64,000 nt of DNA. Origin: Giardia intestinalis. Its lineage: Eukaryota. Every line of letters starts with the position of its first letter. Position 1 is the stretch's first letter. The notes under the pieces were generated by a model. It was not told the origin of the DNA, searched no databases, and saw only the letters and a list, made by a program, of their open reading frames with translations. Made by a program: the position numbers and the translations under genes. The stretch is taken from assembly GCA_000002435.2 (NCBI GenBank), contig CM018791.1. One strand, given 5' to 3'. Below are positions 10,817-20,836 of the stretch, piece after piece.

Positions 10817-12157
10817 CTATAGTTTACCCAATTGACCAAGCGCACGGTCACCCAGTTCTCCAGAGCTTTCGGAGTCGGCATCAGTGTCGTGGGTACTCAC
10901 GTCATTCTCTTGCTCAAGATATGATGACCTCTTACCGCTCCAGACACTCAACGACTTGTCCCCCGAAACAACTAATTTATCATTCCGCAAAAGCTCCATC
11001 GCTAGAATAGGTCTATTCTCATCGCTTTGGACGCAAAGGTCTGCTGGAAAGCAATCTACCATGAGGAGGTGCTCCCCAGATAGAAGATTGAACGAACCCC
11101 ACGTTCCATTGGAGAAGCCTATGTACGCTATCATGTCTTTCCCTGTCTCACCTGCACTTGTGGTAATGAGGGCCTGGGTGCACGCTGCCTCTGCTTGGTA
11201 GGTAAATCTGGATGAGAAATTCATGGCACCATCTAGCAACGAAATCAGGCCATCCGTTCCTCCAATGATTACATATCTGTCTGCGCATACGTGTATGAAC
11301 TCGATGGACCCCTTATGGGTTGAACTAGAAGACACTAGCATGAGCACCTTGTCAGTAGAAGACACTACATGAAACGATCCATCGTCGCAGCCAGCAAAAA
11401 TCACTGTGGTCTTGCTAGCGCTAGCTTGCTGAGCTGTCATGCCCTGTGTAAGGGTCTTGCTGACCTTGAGACATGTCACAGGCGAAGGTAACTGTACCTT
11501 TGAAAGGCAGTCTCTTGTGAGAGGATCGTACATCCGTATGGTACCGTCTTGGGAGCCTGTGATGACTCGCTTTGCGTTTATGCTGAATCCACCGCACGTG
11601 ACTGCACCCGTGTGACCTGTGAAGACAGCAAATGTTTCTGGCTTCCTTGGGTCCTTAGAGAAATCGAATATCCACGAGTTGCCGTCCTCCGCCCCCACAA
11701 GCAATACGTTGCCCTTTCGGTGCAGCTCCATCCACTCTATCGAGGCAGGACCCTCTACATAGCTGATAAGTCGCTCTTCTTTCACGTCAAAGCAGTTAAC
11801 TATTCCGTCCATACCTGCAGAAAACAGATACCTACCGTCGTGGGAGAACACTAAGGATGTGACAGAGTCCGAGTGCACCCCCTCGAATGTCGCCCGAAGA
11901 GCCATGGGCACCTCAAAGTCTCCTACCGAGCCCTTTGCTTCAACAAAGTAAATTGAGTCATCAAGACCTCCCACTGCAAGGAGATCCGGGTCACGTGGGG
12001 ATTTCTTTATACAAAGGGGATTGTCCTTTCCGATGGAGATGTATCCCAGGAGGCCTGGGACGACGACGGTCTCCGCTATACAATGGGCCTCCTCTAGGCT
12101 GTTAAGCTCATCATCTAGGTTAGTCTCTGCACAGTCTCCGAAACTCCGTGAGTTCAT
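10817..12157 (-). CDS. WD40-repeat protein.
   Basis: Repeats of the type HSDSVTSLVFSHDGRYLFSAGMDGIVNCFDV and HTGAVTCGGFSINAKRVITGSQDGTIRMYD (GH...WD-like). Confidence 0.6.
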   Translation of the reverse strand: MNSRSFGDCAETNLDDELNSLEEAHCIAETVVVPGLLGYISIGKDNPLCIKKSPRDPDLLAVGGLDDSIYFVEAKGSVGDFEVPMALRATFEGVHSDSVTSLVFSHDGRYLFSAGMDGIVNCFDVKEERLISYVEGPASIEWMELHRKGNVLLVGAEDGNSWIFDFSKDPRKPETFAVFTGHTGAVTCGGFSINAKRVITGSQDGTIRMYDPLTRDCLSKVQLPSPVTCLKVSKTLTQGMTAQQASASKTTVIFAGCDDGSFHVVSSTDKVLMLVSSSSTHKGSIEFIHVCADRYVIIGGTDGLISLLDGAMNFSSRFTYQAEAACTQALITTSAGETGKDMIAYIGFSNGTWGSFNLLSGEHLLMVDCFPADLCVQSDENRPILAMELLRNDKLVVSGDKSLSVWSGKRSSYLEQENDVSTHDTDADSESSGELGDRALGQLGKL

Positions 12158-12227
12158 AGAATGCCGTACCTACTCCTCTGTGCTACGCCCAACGCCGTGG
12201 ATGTTATGTCTCTAAATAAATCTATTT

Positions 12228-12258
12228 CAAAAAACGCCGTTTTCTTTTAAAATTTGAA
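12228..12258 (+). promoter_or_regulatory. AT-rich Giardia-type initiator region (cttttaaaatttgaaATG) for the V-ATPase A gene. It lies in a 101-bp divergent intergenic region shared with the WD40 gene.
   Basis: aaaacgccgttttcttttaaaatttgaaatg directly abuts the start codon. Confidence 0.5.
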
Positions 12259-14226
12259 ATGGTTACAAGCGAGACGACATCTAATGGACTGATCCAGTCC
12301 ATTGCAGGTCCGGTCGTCACAGCAACTAATATGACCGGGTGCTTCATGTTCGAGGTTTGCTATGTGGGAAAAGCCCGTTTGATTGGGGAAATCATCCAAC
12401 TCAAGGGGGATTCGGCTGTTATCCAGGTCTATGAAGATACCTCTGGGCTAGAAGTTAACGACGTCGTCTACAAATCCGGACGCCTACTTTCTGTCCATCT
12501 TGGTCCCGGTTTACTTTCGTCTATTTACGATGGAATCCAGCGCCCCTTAGAGAAGATCGCACAGATTACTAACTCCCACTTCATCCCGCGAGGAATTTCT
12601 GCGCCAGCCTTGGATCTAGAGAGGAGATGGACGTTCAGACCGCTTGTCAAGTTGGGGGATCTCCTATCTGTGGGTGACATCTTTGGCATTGTTCCAGAGA
12701 ACGATCTTCTGGAGTGCAAGATAATGCTACCAGAGTATGGATTCAACGAGGCTACAAATGAGAAAGCGAACATTCCAGGCGGAAAGGTTGTTAAAATAGC
12801 GCCTGCGGCTACCGACGCATACACAGTCAAAGACGAAGAAAAGATCTTGGTCCTGGAATACGCCGGACAAAGGTATTACTACGGCCTGGCCCACTACCAT
12901 CCTGTTCGTTCGCCTAAGAAGGTCTTTAAGAAGCTGCCGTGCATAAATCCCTTGATAACAGGCCAGAGAACGTTGGATGGACTCTTTCCCCTTGCAATAG
13001 GAGCCACCGCAGCGATCCCAGGAGGTTTTGGGTGTGGGAAGACTGTCGTGAGTCAATCCATCAGCAAGTATGGTAACACAGATGTCATTGTCTACATTGG
13101 CTGTGGAGAGCGCGGTAATGAAATGGCTGAGATCCTCACAGATTTCCCCGAAATGACATTCGAGGCTAAGAAGCGCGTTATCGGGCCATCTGGACAGCAA
13201 GAGATTAAAACGGTTGTATCCGACATTTTCAGCCGCACTGTGCTTGTCGCGAATACGTCTAATATGCCCGTTGCAGCCCGTGAGGCTAGCATCTACACAG
13301 GAATCACGATTTCTGAGTTCTTCCGTGACCAAGGGTACAACGTCACTCTTCTGGCCGACTCTACTTCCCGCTGGGCTGAGGCACTGCGAGAGATCAGCGG
13401 GCGCTTGGGAGGTATTCCGGGAGAAGGCGGCTATCCTGCTGATCTCACCTCTAAGCTTAGCCACTTCTATGAGCGTGCTGGACGAGTCATTTGTCTGGGG
13501 AATTCCAATGGTGCGTGGAGCCCAGAGAATATCCTTGATCCTACGTCTGGAGCTATCTCGTCAACCGAACAAGGTCTCCTGCAACCCGGCCAGCGTATCG
13601 GCTCTGTGTCGGTGATAGGTGCTGTTTCCCCGGCTGCAGGAGATCTTTCTGATGCAGTCGCCGTCAGTACACTGGCTATAGTCCAAGTTTTCTGGGGACT
13701 CAGCAAGAACCTGGCGAAGCGCAAGCACTTTCCATCCGTCGATTGGCTCATTAGCTATTCCAGATGTACTGAGACTCTTGCGCCGTGGTACAACGCTAGA
13801 GACATCAGCTTCTTGACCAATAAGGAAAAGGCGAAGACTCTTCTGCAAAACGAGGTGGCCATCCAGGAAACCGCGCAGCTCGTTGGCTATGATAGCTTGG
13901 ATGATAGCGAAAAGCTTATTCTCGACGTCTGTAACCTAATTCAAGAGGGCTTTTTGCAGCAGAACTCCTACACGGTGTACGATAAGTTCTGCCCGTTTAT
14001 AAAGACTGATCTGATGCTTCGTAACATTGTTCATTACTACGAGTCCTGTAAGACGGCTCTGGGGCAGGGACACAGCTATCAAGAGCTTAAGAACAGCCTG
14101 GAAAAGCTCATTACAGCTCTTTATAGGATGAAGTTTATAGACACTAATACTAACGGTATCGAGTACGGCGTCACCGAGTTAGACAAACTCCACGCCCAGA
14201 TCACTGCAGCATTTGACGCGCTGTAA
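12259..14226 (+). CDS. VMA1: V-type H+-ATPase catalytic subunit A.
   Basis: GPVVTA..M.G..M.E.V.VG, ITGQRTLDGLFP, Walker A GAIPGGFGCGKTVVSQ, GERGNEMAEIL and the PSVDWLISYSR region. The initiator cttttaaaatttgaaATG precedes it, and AGTGAAT follows about 20 nt after the stop. Confidence 0.92.
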   Translation: MVTSETTSNGLIQSIAGPVVTATNMTGCFMFEVCYVGKARLIGEIIQLKGDSAVIQVYEDTSGLEVNDVVYKSGRLLSVHLGPGLLSSIYDGIQRPLEKIAQITNSHFIPRGISAPALDLERRWTFRPLVKLGDLLSVGDIFGIVPENDLLECKIMLPEYGFNEATNEKANIPGGKVVKIAPAATDAYTVKDEEKILVLEYAGQRYYYGLAHYHPVRSPKKVFKKLPCINPLITGQRTLDGLFPLAIGATAAIPGGFGCGKTVVSQSISKYGNTDVIVYIGCGERGNEMAEILTDFPEMTFEAKKRVIGPSGQQEIKTVVSDIFSRTVLVANTSNMPVAAREASIYTGITISEFFRDQGYNVTLLADSTSRWAEALREISGRLGGIPGEGGYPADLTSKLSHFYERAGRVICLGNSNGAWSPENILDPTSGAISSTEQGLLQPGQRIGSVSVIGAVSPAAGDLSDAVAVSTLAIVQVFWGLSKNLAKRKHFPSVDWLISYSRCTETLAPWYNARDISFLTNKEKAKTLLQNEVAIQETAQLVGYDSLDDSEKLILDVCNLIQEGFLQQNSYTVYDKFCPFIKTDLMLRNIVHYYESCKTALGQGHSYQELKNSLEKLITALYRMKFIDTNTNGIEYGVTELDKLHAQITAAFDAL

Positions 14227-14244
14227 GCTCTTTCCAGTGAATTT

Positions 14245-14251
14245 ACTAAGA
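14245..14251 (+). terminator. AGTGAAT polyadenylation-signal-like motif (Giardia AGTRAAY) about 20 nt after the V-ATPase A stop.
   Basis: taagctctttccAGTGAATttactaag. The identical motif follows the stop of the 6343..9780 gene at 9797..9803. Confidence 0.4.
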
Positions 14252-14277
14252 GTTCGGGTATCGGTAAATCCATATGG

Positions 14278-17200
14278 TCACTTCGGCCCTCCATACTTAC
14301 TATTGTTGTTACTATTGTTATTGTTGTTGTTATGATGGCGTCCGTTGCCGTGACCGCTGCCACGGTCAAAGCTCGATCTATTGAATCGGTCGCCGGTAGC
14401 CTGTCTATCCCTCTTGTTGTGATAATCCGAGCCCCGATGGTGCTGAGGTCTCTCAAATCCACTGGTACCCTCCTTAGGAACTTTGTCCGAGTTCATTTCC
14501 TTTGTAGTAGATTTAAGTTCTATATTTGGCTGAAGAACCTTCGTGACGGCACTTTCATCTGCAGTCTCAACCCACTGGGAGGCTTCTTCAAGCCCTGCAA
14601 ATGTCTTTCCGTAACGCTTAGCCTTATCTGCTTTCACCATCTCCTTAAAGTCCTCCAACTTCATGAGATCCTTAGAAACGACGGCAGCGATCATCAGCTT
14701 CATCGCCTTGTTCTGATCCGCTGCCTTTTTAAGTGCGTTCTTCATGGACTCTATAATCACCCGCCTGACACGCAGAACGGGCTGGGCCGCAAGGGACTCT
14801 GCAAGTGTAAGTGGGGAAGTCTTATTGGCCTTATCCAGCCTTTCACAGAAATCCGCGAACAGACGGTCAAGAAGTATATGGCCCATCTTACCTATCAGGA
14901 GGGGGTTCTCGTTTGATGGCTTACTCATGGACTTCTGCATAAAGCTCGGGTCCCTGCTGATTTCATCACAGACCAGGAAGCATATGCTTGTGGGAAGCTG
15001 CAGATCGTGGACCAGGAACTTCTCGAGGTGCGGCATGCTTGTTTGTGTGTGAAACTCTCTGACAACAGGCTTGCCCCCTTTTGCCAGCCCAAGCAGCTTG
15101 TCATAAAGCATACATCCAGTGGCAATGTTTTCGTATTTAATCATTGGATATTTTGTACGGAAGATGATCTCTGCGACGGTGTCCAGGGCACTCTGTTCGA
15201 GGAAGTCTACAGCCTCTTCCTCGTGGCCTTCAATGTCGGGCTCGCCGAAAAGACCGCACTTCCTCTGCTTTAATAGATCCAGCACAGCTTTAGATGGTGT
15301 CTTTCTAGTCGAGGTCAACATGACATTAACCTTCTCCCGCCTATTTGAAGCCTTTTCTGGTTTATAGTTATTTTCTACTGTGTACTCTGCTCTGAGGAGA
15401 GCCATTTCACTCTCGGAAAAGTCAAACTCGTTGTCCGCTATTGTCCCTTGAATGGCTCTCTCGATGCAGTGCTGCATGACCTCGACGGCTAGCTGGTACT
15501 CCTTTGGCTCTATGCTGCCCTCATACCCCCTTCTAGGATCGCTTGGATCCACCCGCGTTGCAGATGGAAACAGACAGGGGAACCGTATCTTATCGCTTAT
15601 GAATAGACTTGCCAACGTCGAGACCACGTCCTTGTTTGTCTGTTGGTTATCCTTCGTCGTAGTGGAGTACGCACTGACAAGACCGCTGGCAAATGCCCTG
15701 TAAAGATCTACTATCTCGCCTTCGCTACGAGAAGGGAAGAGATTGGGCAGCTCGTCATACATGATCTTAATGGAGCCGTCAAAGACCATGCGGCGCGCCG
15801 TAAGCTTGACCTGTCTACACCACTTCTCCATCATCCCGTCAGAGAAAAGGTCGACCTCCTTGTTGCTAATGTTTGCATTGAGAAAACCGAGGTTGAAGGC
15901 TATTGTATATCGAAGCCCGTTCTCACGGACCGCAGCAGGCGTATCATCATCGGGTTCCCGCTCTGGTCTAGAGGGCTTCACCGGACCAGCTTCATAGTTG
16001 AGCGTCTTTTGCATGCTCTTCCATCCACCACTCCTGTCCTCAAGAATCTCTGTGAGAAGAACCTGAATGCGCACCTCAACTACTTGTTTTTCTAGAAGGA
16101 GTTGCAGGACATCCATACAGTACACGTAAAGAGTGTACTCGTATGTCGAGTGGTCATAGTTATCCATTGCCAGCCCGCCTGTCCGGAGAATTATGATAAC
16201 AAGATCCATGTATTCTGAGCTCCAGGCAGTCTTATACTGCGGCTCTGTCAGCGCCTGAAGCCGAGCAATAGTGCTCTTATATGCAGAAGTTTTACGGTCA
16301 ACGTCGTCAATAGTGATAGACCCTCTATCTGGAAACCCGCGCCTCATTTCCTCTTTTGCACGAGAAATATCGTCGCTGGATCCTTTATTCTTAGTCTGTG
16401 TATAGTAATTGTCGATAGTCTTGTCAAACTGTCTCCGCAACAGGAAGGATATCAGTGTCACAAACTGCGCTATAGGAAGAAGCATGTTTGTTGGTGTCTT
16501 CTTTGTAATGGAGGCTGAGGAGCTTCCTGTCTTCTCACTCATGCGCTTCTGCTGTCGCCGCTCTTTGCGGTAAAAATCAAGTAAGTCTTTGGTAAAGATG
16601 GACGCGAGGAACTTAACATTATTGGAAAGATGCACGAGCTTGTTCTGCTCCTTAATGCTCCTGACCTCGTCAGTATCAGTGTCTTCAACATTAAACACTG
16701 GGTTGTGTGTCTGGCCTGTTTTAATCTCCTCAGCCATGTTTCCTCGCAACATATAATCCCGGAAGAAACCCACCGTGAACCCGCGGAGTGGCTTGTCGTC
16801 TCCAAGCTTGTCCTTGTTCTTTTGAACCATCTCTCTAAAGCCCCTCATGTCGGGAAACATGGTGTCGTCTTTAAGGTCTGCGAAGATACGGAGAACCTCC
16901 AAGAAACCAGTCGCTATGCTGAGCTCGCCATCCTTTCCAGCTGGTGTGTCCTTGTCTCCTTGAACAGTGCGGCCACGCGGGTTATCGAGAAGGGCAAAGA
17001 GAAGGTCAGTGTACACATCGACGAAATTAGGCTCCATACAGGCCTTGTCTATGATCTCGTCGAAGATCGCCTTAAAGAGGAATATCTTTTGGTATTGATT
17101 TTCCAAGTTCGGTATCTCTTGTATCATTTTGACAACATCTGCATGCACCTGCTTGACAGTTTCCTTGGTGATCTTGTTCAGCTTATCACGGATAGAAAGG

Positions 17201-18642
17201 AGAGTCGTGCGTTCAAAGTTGGTTTCGTCGCCCTTGATCATAAGCTTCACAATCTGGGGCATATCTCCTGCCCGTTCGTTGGTGAGGTACTTCTCAATGT
17301 CAGCGGCCCTGGCCACGTCGAAATAGTGCAACATAGCGGTTGAAAGTTGCTTTCTTGTGTTGTGCACGACAGGATCTGCAACCGCTGAGTCCAGGCGAAC
17401 GAGAACATCCTTGTAGTTCAGCTCTATGCCACTCGCCCTGCACTGGAAGGAAGAAAGCTCTTTGCGACTCTCCAGAAGAGAAAGCAAATGCGTCATGAAG
17501 TCTGACTGAGGAGCCCGACGTTCTCCTGGGCTTGTCAGCTTCTTGTAATCCACTATTTTCGCCTTCTCTTCATGGTGCTTTCGGGCATTGTACACTGGAG
17601 GCTTGGAATCATGTGCTGCTGTGCTAGACTCAGGTTCAGGCTCGGGTTCGGCCTGCGGGGCCAAAGTCTCCACAGAAACAGCAGGAAAGATCTCTGCTGT
17701 ACGCTCTGGCAAAGCCGCTGGAGCTTCCTCGTCTTTTGGAGCAGCAGTCTCTGGTAAGGGTTTCTGACTTTGAACTAACGATGATTGTTGGGGAGGAGCC
17801 GGTACCGAGGGGCGGACAGCCTCAGTCTCCTTCTTGTGATACCTATTTTTCCTGTTGGGCTTATTGTCCACCCAGCCGCCACTGGTCTCCTTTGACTTGT
17901 GACCCTCTTTCCCGGGCTTGTTGTCGCTGGGTTTATTCTCTGATGGAGTAGCAGGGGGGTCAGGCAGCTCAGGACCCTTCTCTGGTAGGGGGGCTACGTT
18001 TTCAATAACATTAGTCTTCAGCGGAGCGTCAATAGGCTGATGTGCCGACTGACTAGCAACATTGTCGCTCTGAGAGGAATTAATACCGGGCTGTGTCTCT
18101 TGTTCAGCTGCATCTGGAAGCTGTGCGTCCATGTCTTTTATCGCCTGTTGCTGGTCAGGCTCCATCGCCGCCTGGGGCGCAGTAACATCTTGATTGGGAG
18201 TAGACTCATTAATAAGTTCTGAATTGCCGCCTATTTCCATCGAAATCATCGGAAGAGCGGAGTTTGGAAAAGAAAGGTTGTCCTGCGGTGCACTGCTAAA
18301 GAGCGACACATTCTGCTGGCTTCCCTGAGGCATGCCTTGCATATGCCGGGCTCCTTGAAAGGACTCCCGCACTTTCTGACTCCCTGGGGGCGGATCCTGT
18401 GTTGGGTCTTGTGCAGCCTCGGTGGTAAAGCTCCAAGTGCAGTCACTTTTATTCTGAGGAGAAAGAGTGAATTGAGTAGACTTGACGTTATCCCGAGGCT
18501 TCTGGGAGCGCTCCTTAGTAATGGATATTTGTTGGGGGGCATCTTGTAGTATTGGCTTCGTTGCTTCGTTAGCAAATGCTAACGCCCCACCTGCGCCCCC
18601 AGTTCCGGGCAGTTTAGTCTCAAGTTCACCTTGGAACATCAC
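14278..18642 (-). CDS. Large MIF4G-domain protein (eIF4G/NOT1-like scaffold), with a Q/P/S-rich N-terminus and an N-rich C-terminal tail.
   Basis: TLLSIRDKLNKITKETVKQVHADVVKMI...IFLFKAIFDEIIDKACMEPNFVDVYTDLL aligns by eye to the first helices of the eIF4G MIF4G domain (RRVRSILNKLTPQ...IFEKAISEPNFSVAYANMC). Confidence 0.5.
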   Translation of the reverse strand: MMFQGELETKLPGTGGAGGALAFANEATKPILQDAPQQISITKERSQKPRDNVKSTQFTLSPQNKSDCTWSFTTEAAQDPTQDPPPGSQKVRESFQGARHMQGMPQGSQQNVSLFSSAPQDNLSFPNSALPMISMEIGGNSELINESTPNQDVTAPQAAMEPDQQQAIKDMDAQLPDAAEQETQPGINSSQSDNVASQSAHQPIDAPLKTNVIENVAPLPEKGPELPDPPATPSENKPSDNKPGKEGHKSKETSGGWVDNKPNRKNRYHKKETEAVRPSVPAPPQQSSLVQSQKPLPETAAPKDEEAPAALPERTAEIFPAVSVETLAPQAEPEPEPESSTAAHDSKPPVYNARKHHEEKAKIVDYKKLTSPGERRAPQSDFMTHLLSLLESRKELSSFQCRASGIELNYKDVLVRLDSAVADPVVHNTRKQLSTAMLHYFDVARAADIEKYLTNERAGDMPQIVKLMIKGDETNFERTTLLSIRDKLNKITKETVKQVHADVVKMIQEIPNLENQYQKIFLFKAIFDEIIDKACMEPNFVDVYTDLLFALLDNPRGRTVQGDKDTPAGKDGELSIATGFLEVLRIFADLKDDTMFPDMRGFREMVQKNKDKLGDDKPLRGFTVGFFRDYMLRGNMAEEIKTGQTHNPVFNVEDTDTDEVRSIKEQNKLVHLSNNVKFLASIFTKDLLDFYRKERRQQKRMSEKTGSSSASITKKTPTNMLLPIAQFVTLISFLLRRQFDKTIDNYYTQTKNKGSSDDISRAKEEMRRGFPDRGSITIDDVDRKTSAYKSTIARLQALTEPQYKTAWSSEYMDLVIIILRTGGLAMDNYDHSTYEYTLYVYCMDVLQLLLEKQVVEVRIQVLLTEILEDRSGGWKSMQKTLNYEAGPVKPSRPEREPDDDTPAAVRENGLRYTIAFNLGFLNANISNKEVDLFSDGMMEKWCRQVKLTARRMVFDGSIKIMYDELPNLFPSRSEGEIVDLYRAFASGLVSAYSTTTKDNQQTNKDVVSTLASLFISDKIRFPCLFPSATRVDPSDPRRGYEGSIEPKEYQLAVEVMQHCIERAIQGTIADNEFDFSESEMALLRAEYTVENNYKPEKASNRREKVNVMLTSTRKTPSKAVLDLLKQRKCGLFGEPDIEGHEEEAVDFLEQSALDTVAEIIFRTKYPMIKYENIATGCMLYDKLLGLAKGGKPVVREFHTQTSMPHLEKFLVHDLQLPTSICFLVCDEISRDPSFMQKSMSKPSNENPLLIGKMGHILLDRLFADFCERLDKANKTSPLTLAESLAAQPVLRVRRVIIESMKNALKKAADQNKAMKLMIAAVVSKDLMKLEDFKEMVKADKAKRYGKTFAGLEEASQWVETADESAVTKVLQPNIELKSTTKEMNSDKVPKEGTSGFERPQHHRGSDYHNKRDRQATGDRFNRSSFDRGSGHGNGRHHNNNNNNSNNNSKYGGPK

Positions 18643-18781
18643 TGTTATTCCAAAAAAATGCTAAAAATGAATTTAAATTACTTTTTATTGATGATATCTA
18701 CTTTGTCCTTTTGGCAAGCAGAGCGCAGAGACTGATTAGGTCTACAGGGACTACAAATTCTAGATCTCAAAGAGCAACCAT

Positions 18782-19648
18782 TTACTTCTTATTTCTTTCA
18801 GGCATAATAATGGATGGGTGTATCGTGCTCGGCATTGAAAGTACCCTATCCAGTTGAAGAGACACTTCATCAATCGTCTGCCCCTCACAGTTTATACTGA
18901 CTACTGAGTGATTGAAGACCTTATCAACCAAGTCTTTATTCTCAGCATAAACCCTAAATCGCTCACGAATGACATCTTCTCTGTCGTCGGTCCTCACCAC
19001 CACACGATCAGCAATATCCGGTGGTGGGGGGTCATATATAATGTGATAGGTGTTCCCTGTGATGGGGTCAAAGCGCCTGCCACCTAAACGCTGGACCACT
19101 GCCTCCTGATCAACCTTAAGCTCTACAATATGGGTAGGGAAGAGATCAGGAGATGCCCTGAGCGCCGCAGCTTGAGACTCAGACCGGGGAAATCCATCCA
19201 AAAGCCAATTGGAGTCACCGATGGTTGCTATGTGATTTTCGATGAGTTTAATAACTATGCTGTCAGGCACTAGTTGGCCCTTGGATACGTAATCCTTTAT
19301 TTGAGCAGTGATGGGAGAATTACGGTTCATCTCCTCTCGAAGCAAATTCCCCGGAGAGATGTGCTTCAAGGAATATTTGGAAACAAGATGTTTTGCTTGT
19401 GTACCCTTGCCGGCTCCGGGGGCCCCCAAAAGTACCAGCTTAAACAGGTTCTTCTTGCGATCACCGAAGTAGCTACTCAGATATTTTAGCGGGCTTTTAG
19501 GTTGATACTTAATGAGCGACTGCATTGCGAGCTGCAGAGTGGTATACACATTATGCTTTTGTATATAGTCTGTCAGACTACACGAAACCCCTGAGCTTGT
19601 GTTCTCTCTTGCGGTGGATCCATCGTCCGGGGTGGTCATGACAAACAA
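18782..19648 (-). CDS. ADK: Adenylate kinase with an N-terminal DPY-30/RIIa-like docking motif.
   Basis: P-loop LVLLGAPGAGKGTQ, the LVPDSIV region, DGFPRSESQAAAL, and the LID region GRRFDPITGNTYHIIYDPP. The N-terminal 60 aa contain a DPY-30-like motif (LTDYIQKHNVYTTLQLAMQSLIKYQPKSPLKYLSSYF). Confidence 0.85.
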   Translation of the reverse strand: MFVMTTPDDGSTARENTSSGVSCSLTDYIQKHNVYTTLQLAMQSLIKYQPKSPLKYLSSYFGDRKKNLFKLVLLGAPGAGKGTQAKHLVSKYSLKHISPGNLLREEMNRNSPITAQIKDYVSKGQLVPDSIVIKLIENHIATIGDSNWLLDGFPRSESQAAALRASPDLFPTHIVELKVDQEAVVQRLGGRRFDPITGNTYHIIYDPPPPDIADRVVVRTDDREDVIRERFRVYAENKDLVDKVFNHSVVSINCEGQTIDEVSLQLDRVLSMPSTIHPSIIMPERNKK

Positions 19649-19686
19649 ATTTAAAATTCCAGATCTTAAAGTGGGCTTAAAGTCCC

Positions 19687-20793
19687 ATGAATTCTGACAG
19701 CTTTATTCATAAGGAACTTTTGCGTATATATCCAGAATATGGTGAAATAACTGACCCTACCCTACAATTAGACTTCTTCACCGCCTTGCCCCTCACAACA
19801 CGGAGGGCCCTCAAGGCAGCATCTGTGCGCGCAAAGGGAGTTGGGCCCAATAGGCTCCTCATTAACGATCCACAGATTGACACCCAGGCCCTTTGTGCTC
19901 CTGGTACGTCAACGTTATCCTCCTGTCTCACTGACCAACCCACGCTCTCCACGCTGATATCTGCATATGTTGCTTACTACCCCTTTACTGCGGAGGAAGA
20001 CATGCCAGCTGGGCAAACACACAGTGTCTTAGATTCACAAGTTATTGCAGCATACCGCGCCTGGCGGCGAGATGTGACATCCTCTTCGTACATCTCTCTT
20101 CCTGGTCAGACGATGGAGCTTGTTGGCTTTCTGTCTGCCGAGTGCTTAGATGACGATCTCTGTGTAGTTGAAGTGGTAGACCTATACTATCTTTTGCTCC
20201 GCAGGGGCGAGTCCTATGCCAAGCATCTCTTCAGAGCTCGTTTTCCGTTGACCCACGAAATAGACACCCCCAGTATTGGTTCAGCTAAGGGGTATCCCAA
20301 TGAGCCAACGCAGGTCCTCCTTTCCAACGTGCCATTGTTTGCAGACCAAACTTGCAGGAAGCATGCAGACCTTACTGCTATCCTCGAGCAGTTTGTACAG
20401 CTCCGTAAGCAGTTCCGTCTTTGGCTTTTGGCGGATCTTCATTATCAGGTCCTTACACTACTAGACAGCAACTGTACTGGCAACGCAAACAATACCGATG
20501 TATCTATACCCAGCCTTTTTATTCTTGATGAGCCGTTTCTCCCCCAGGACGCTTCAGATGATGTCTATGAGCCTAACGAAAATAAGAATCGGCTTCTTGT
20601 CTTAAAAGATAAAGCTGCAGCCACTAGCATGCTTTTAAACACGCCCTGCATTTCGGATCTTCAGAATAGTCAGGAGAAGAAGGGTCTTGAGGTGCTACAA
20701 TCTCTCCAGAACCATCTCATGCGTTATGTAGACAAGGAGTTTGATGCTTTGTGTGAGGCACACATCCCGCTGTTCCCCAAAGGATGGGCGTAG
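19687..20793 (+). CDS. Hypothetical protein (368 aa).
   Basis: Clean ORF filling the gap between flanking genes. No motif recognised. Confidence 0.4.
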   Translation: MNSDSFIHKELLRIYPEYGEITDPTLQLDFFTALPLTTRRALKAASVRAKGVGPNRLLINDPQIDTQALCAPGTSTLSSCLTDQPTLSTLISAYVAYYPFTAEEDMPAGQTHSVLDSQVIAAYRAWRRDVTSSSYISLPGQTMELVGFLSAECLDDDLCVVEVVDLYYLLLRRGESYAKHLFRARFPLTHEIDTPSIGSAKGYPNEPTQVLLSNVPLFADQTCRKHADLTAILEQFVQLRKQFRLWLLADLHYQVLTLLDSNCTGNANNTDVSIPSLFILDEPFLPQDASDDVYEPNENKNRLLVLKDKAAATSMLLNTPCISDLQNSQEKKGLEVLQSLQNHLMRYVDKEFDALCEAHIPLFPKGWA

Positions 20794-20836
20794 CGTAACT
20801 AGCCACCAAAAAGCAAAGGCGTTCACAGCAAAGGTA

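Noticed and set aside
12727-13464. 245-aa minus-strand ORF inside the V-ATPase A gene.
   Set aside because: It is entirely antisense to a strongly supported conserved gene. It is low-complexity with no motifs, so it is a typical spurious antisense ORF.
16630-17343. 237-aa plus-strand ORF inside the MIF4G-protein gene. Many similar 60-170 aa ORFs lie antisense to other genes (e.g. 6448..6957, 7231..7566, 24239..24619, 40508..40909/50829..51230).
   Set aside because: They are antisense or alternate-frame to long well-supported ORFs and show no independent signal. In the inverted repeat they are duplicated only because the DNA is duplicated.
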